The notes below the pieces were generated by a model that was not told the origin of the DNA, ran no database searches, and worked only from the letters and a program-made list of their open reading frames with translations. 64,000 nucleotides of DNA. It comes from Spirogloea muscicola. Lineage: Eukaryota. The DNA is taken from assembly GCA_009602725.1 (NCBI GenBank), contig WELB01000011.1:1160343-1224342 (forward strand), given 5' to 3'. The position numbers were made by a program, and so were the translations under genes. Shown piece after piece: positions 61,954 through 64,000 of this stretch (position 1 is the first letter of the stretch; the number at the start of each line of letters is the position of its first letter).

Positions 61954-64000
61954 TCAAGTATGCAGGTGTTTCAAGAATCTGACAAGAGCAAGGGGATGAA
62001 AATGATAAAAATGATTCTGAGAAACAACCAGCGCTCCTGCCTTTGCAGTCATGCATGATGGCCAGCAGATTTGACCATAACAGCAGCACCATGCAACACT
62101 GCACTTCACAGGGTAATCCTCTGCATAGATTCTACGGTCGAGTCCAAGGAGGTAGAATGAGAAGGATGTGTGGTTGCTCTGCATGACTGCCCTGGTGATG
62201 GGCACCGCCCTGAGGATGTGACGCTCGCACAACAACCGGGCGCCCTTAGGTATTGCTGGCCTCTCGGCCAGTACCTGATGCACGGTCACAGACGAAGGGC
62301 AAAGCTGTTTGGCACCGAAATGAAGTAGTAAAAGAGCATATAAACATCAGCAATATCTCACAGGTGCAGGTCAGATTTTACAGCCTCTCCTGCAATCTGA
62401 GACCGACTTCTTGCCAGAAAACATCAGTGGAGACAACAGCATCTGCCAATTGCCTGATTGGAAATAAGGTTTCAGCTGAGCAACTGCTCACATCAGCATC
62501 CATTTCAAAGTTGGGTACACAAAACCTTTGCAGGTTTGCTAGAGAGTTGAATGCTACCTTGGCAGACAAGCTGGAAAGTCGACTGCTCCCTGGGAAGAGA
62601 GCGGGGGCACAAGGGAGGGCCTGCATCTTGAAGAGCTCCGTGCCTCTGGCATGCTTCACCACCCATTCCGGCACTTTCACGCCCTTGGCAGGGTTGCTCA
62701 CTCGAGTCCGTGACAGATTGGTCCTGTGAAGGCAAGCCGATAGAGTCGAGTGTATCATTCAGAGGCTGGGTTTGGAGTGGCTCATCTCCATAAGAATGGT
62801 CTCACTGCCAGAGCTGTGTATACTGAAAGGTCCGGGCCAGATGGAGGATCGGGACCTTCTGTCTAAGCTGGCAAAGTGCTTGCATCAGCAACATAGTGCA
62901 TCAATTGTCCATCATGTGCCCAAGGCAGTAACTATGTGCCCTCATGCTTGCTTACCAGGACACAATGAGCACCCTTCGAGTGATGACTGACCCTAGTCCC
63001 CGACAGGGAGGGCATCGCACTTTCTTCCGCGACTTGCACTTTGCACAGAGCACCATGCCACTGCCACTGCAGTGCTGGCATCCAAGATTGAAGTATGCCC
63101 ACATTCTGCAGGAAATGCTTTACTGAGTACATCTCAGTCGGGCACTTGAACACATTCAATTGCCGTCCATGCTGGACGCCTCGTGAGAATAAAGAGTGGT
63201 AACAGATTGAGCCACTTCTAGTAGACAGAGATAAAGGCAAGGAACTCAAAATCAATTTCCAGACTTGCTGCTACATCTAGACACAAGCTACAAGGCCTTC
63301 TCCTTCAAGAAACTCTCGGAGGACCTAAAGCACCTCTCAAGTGCGGAGGCGTCGCTATGTGAGAGTGTCCTCCCTGTGCCCTTACAGTAAATACACTTCT
63401 TCATTCCGTCCGTTGTGAAGCAGTTGCTGCATGGCAGCTCGCCCTTCCCGATGCACTCTGCACGCCAATAAAGACAGGCCTCTGTCATGCCCCTGTAGCA
63501 TTAAGTCATGGTCGGCACTTCCAACTTACCTACGTCACCTAAGAAAGGTTCCAGTGCAATTTATATATGATTGTAGAAGACATTTTGCTGATAAGAGGCA
63601 TCTGCCAGTGCTTACAACTCGTCGAACAAAGTGAGTGCAAACTTGCACTTTGGCATGTCTCTTTGTAGGAGAAGCATCACGGTGAAGCCACGTGAAAAAG
63701 GTGCGACAAGCATATGGTTATTTGCAGGGTGACGAGCTCCAGCACAAGGCCCACAATGTGGATGCGGAAGTTGGAGTGAAAACCAACCTGGACAGCGTAC
63801 TACAGACTCAGAGTGAGGAAGCCTGAGGCGAGCTTCTCCGGTCTGAAACAGCTCTGGTGCTAGCCCGACAACGGAGACATCCCAGGGGCCTGGGATGGCG
63901 CCTTGCGCCTCGCCGTCCACAGGGGCCCCGGTATACGGCTCCCTCTCCTGCACGACTTTCCTCGTCTCCACAAAGCTCTCCAGCGTGCCCGTATATGCAC
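61954..64000 (-). CDS. SSUH2: SSUH2-like protein with DnaJ-type CxxCxGxG repeats (5' part outside window)
   Basis: TLESFVETR..EPYTGAPVDG..PGPWDV..RLPHSESVVRC, multiple CxxCxGxG motifs, and ERHILRAVPIT..FYLLGLDRRIYAEDYP. Confidence 0.85.

Overview
Intron-rich eukaryotic nuclear DNA. The plant-type gene set and TTTAGGG-like motifs suggest a streptophyte alga or plant relative (inference). There are nine spliced host genes: NUP93 (+), UFSP2 (-), ALF4/glomulin-like (+), a BBX18/19-like double B-box gene (+), PRMT6 (-), GBA2 (-), WDR6 (+), a short SWI1/DYAD-like gene (+) and SSUH2-like (-, 5' end outside the window). The most striking pattern is that every promoter-side intergenic region holds 5'-truncated fragments of CRE-like (restriction-like endonuclease) non-LTR retrotransposons, usually as dense nested stacks of at least five families. 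I saw none in introns or in the three convergent 3'-3' gaps. Most families share a C-terminal SDLxLLxRGY-stop. Several share a structured 3'-terminal motif, GGCTG..CAGCC..GG..GAGC plus a (TTC)n tail. They insert into one another at CTT/TTC sites with readable target-site duplications. Also present are a Harbinger MITE, an adjacent degenerate Harbinger transposase element, a probable LTR-PBS-gag remnant with a foldback, and a long (CT)n tract. All exon boundaries and alignments were read by eye and are approximate.
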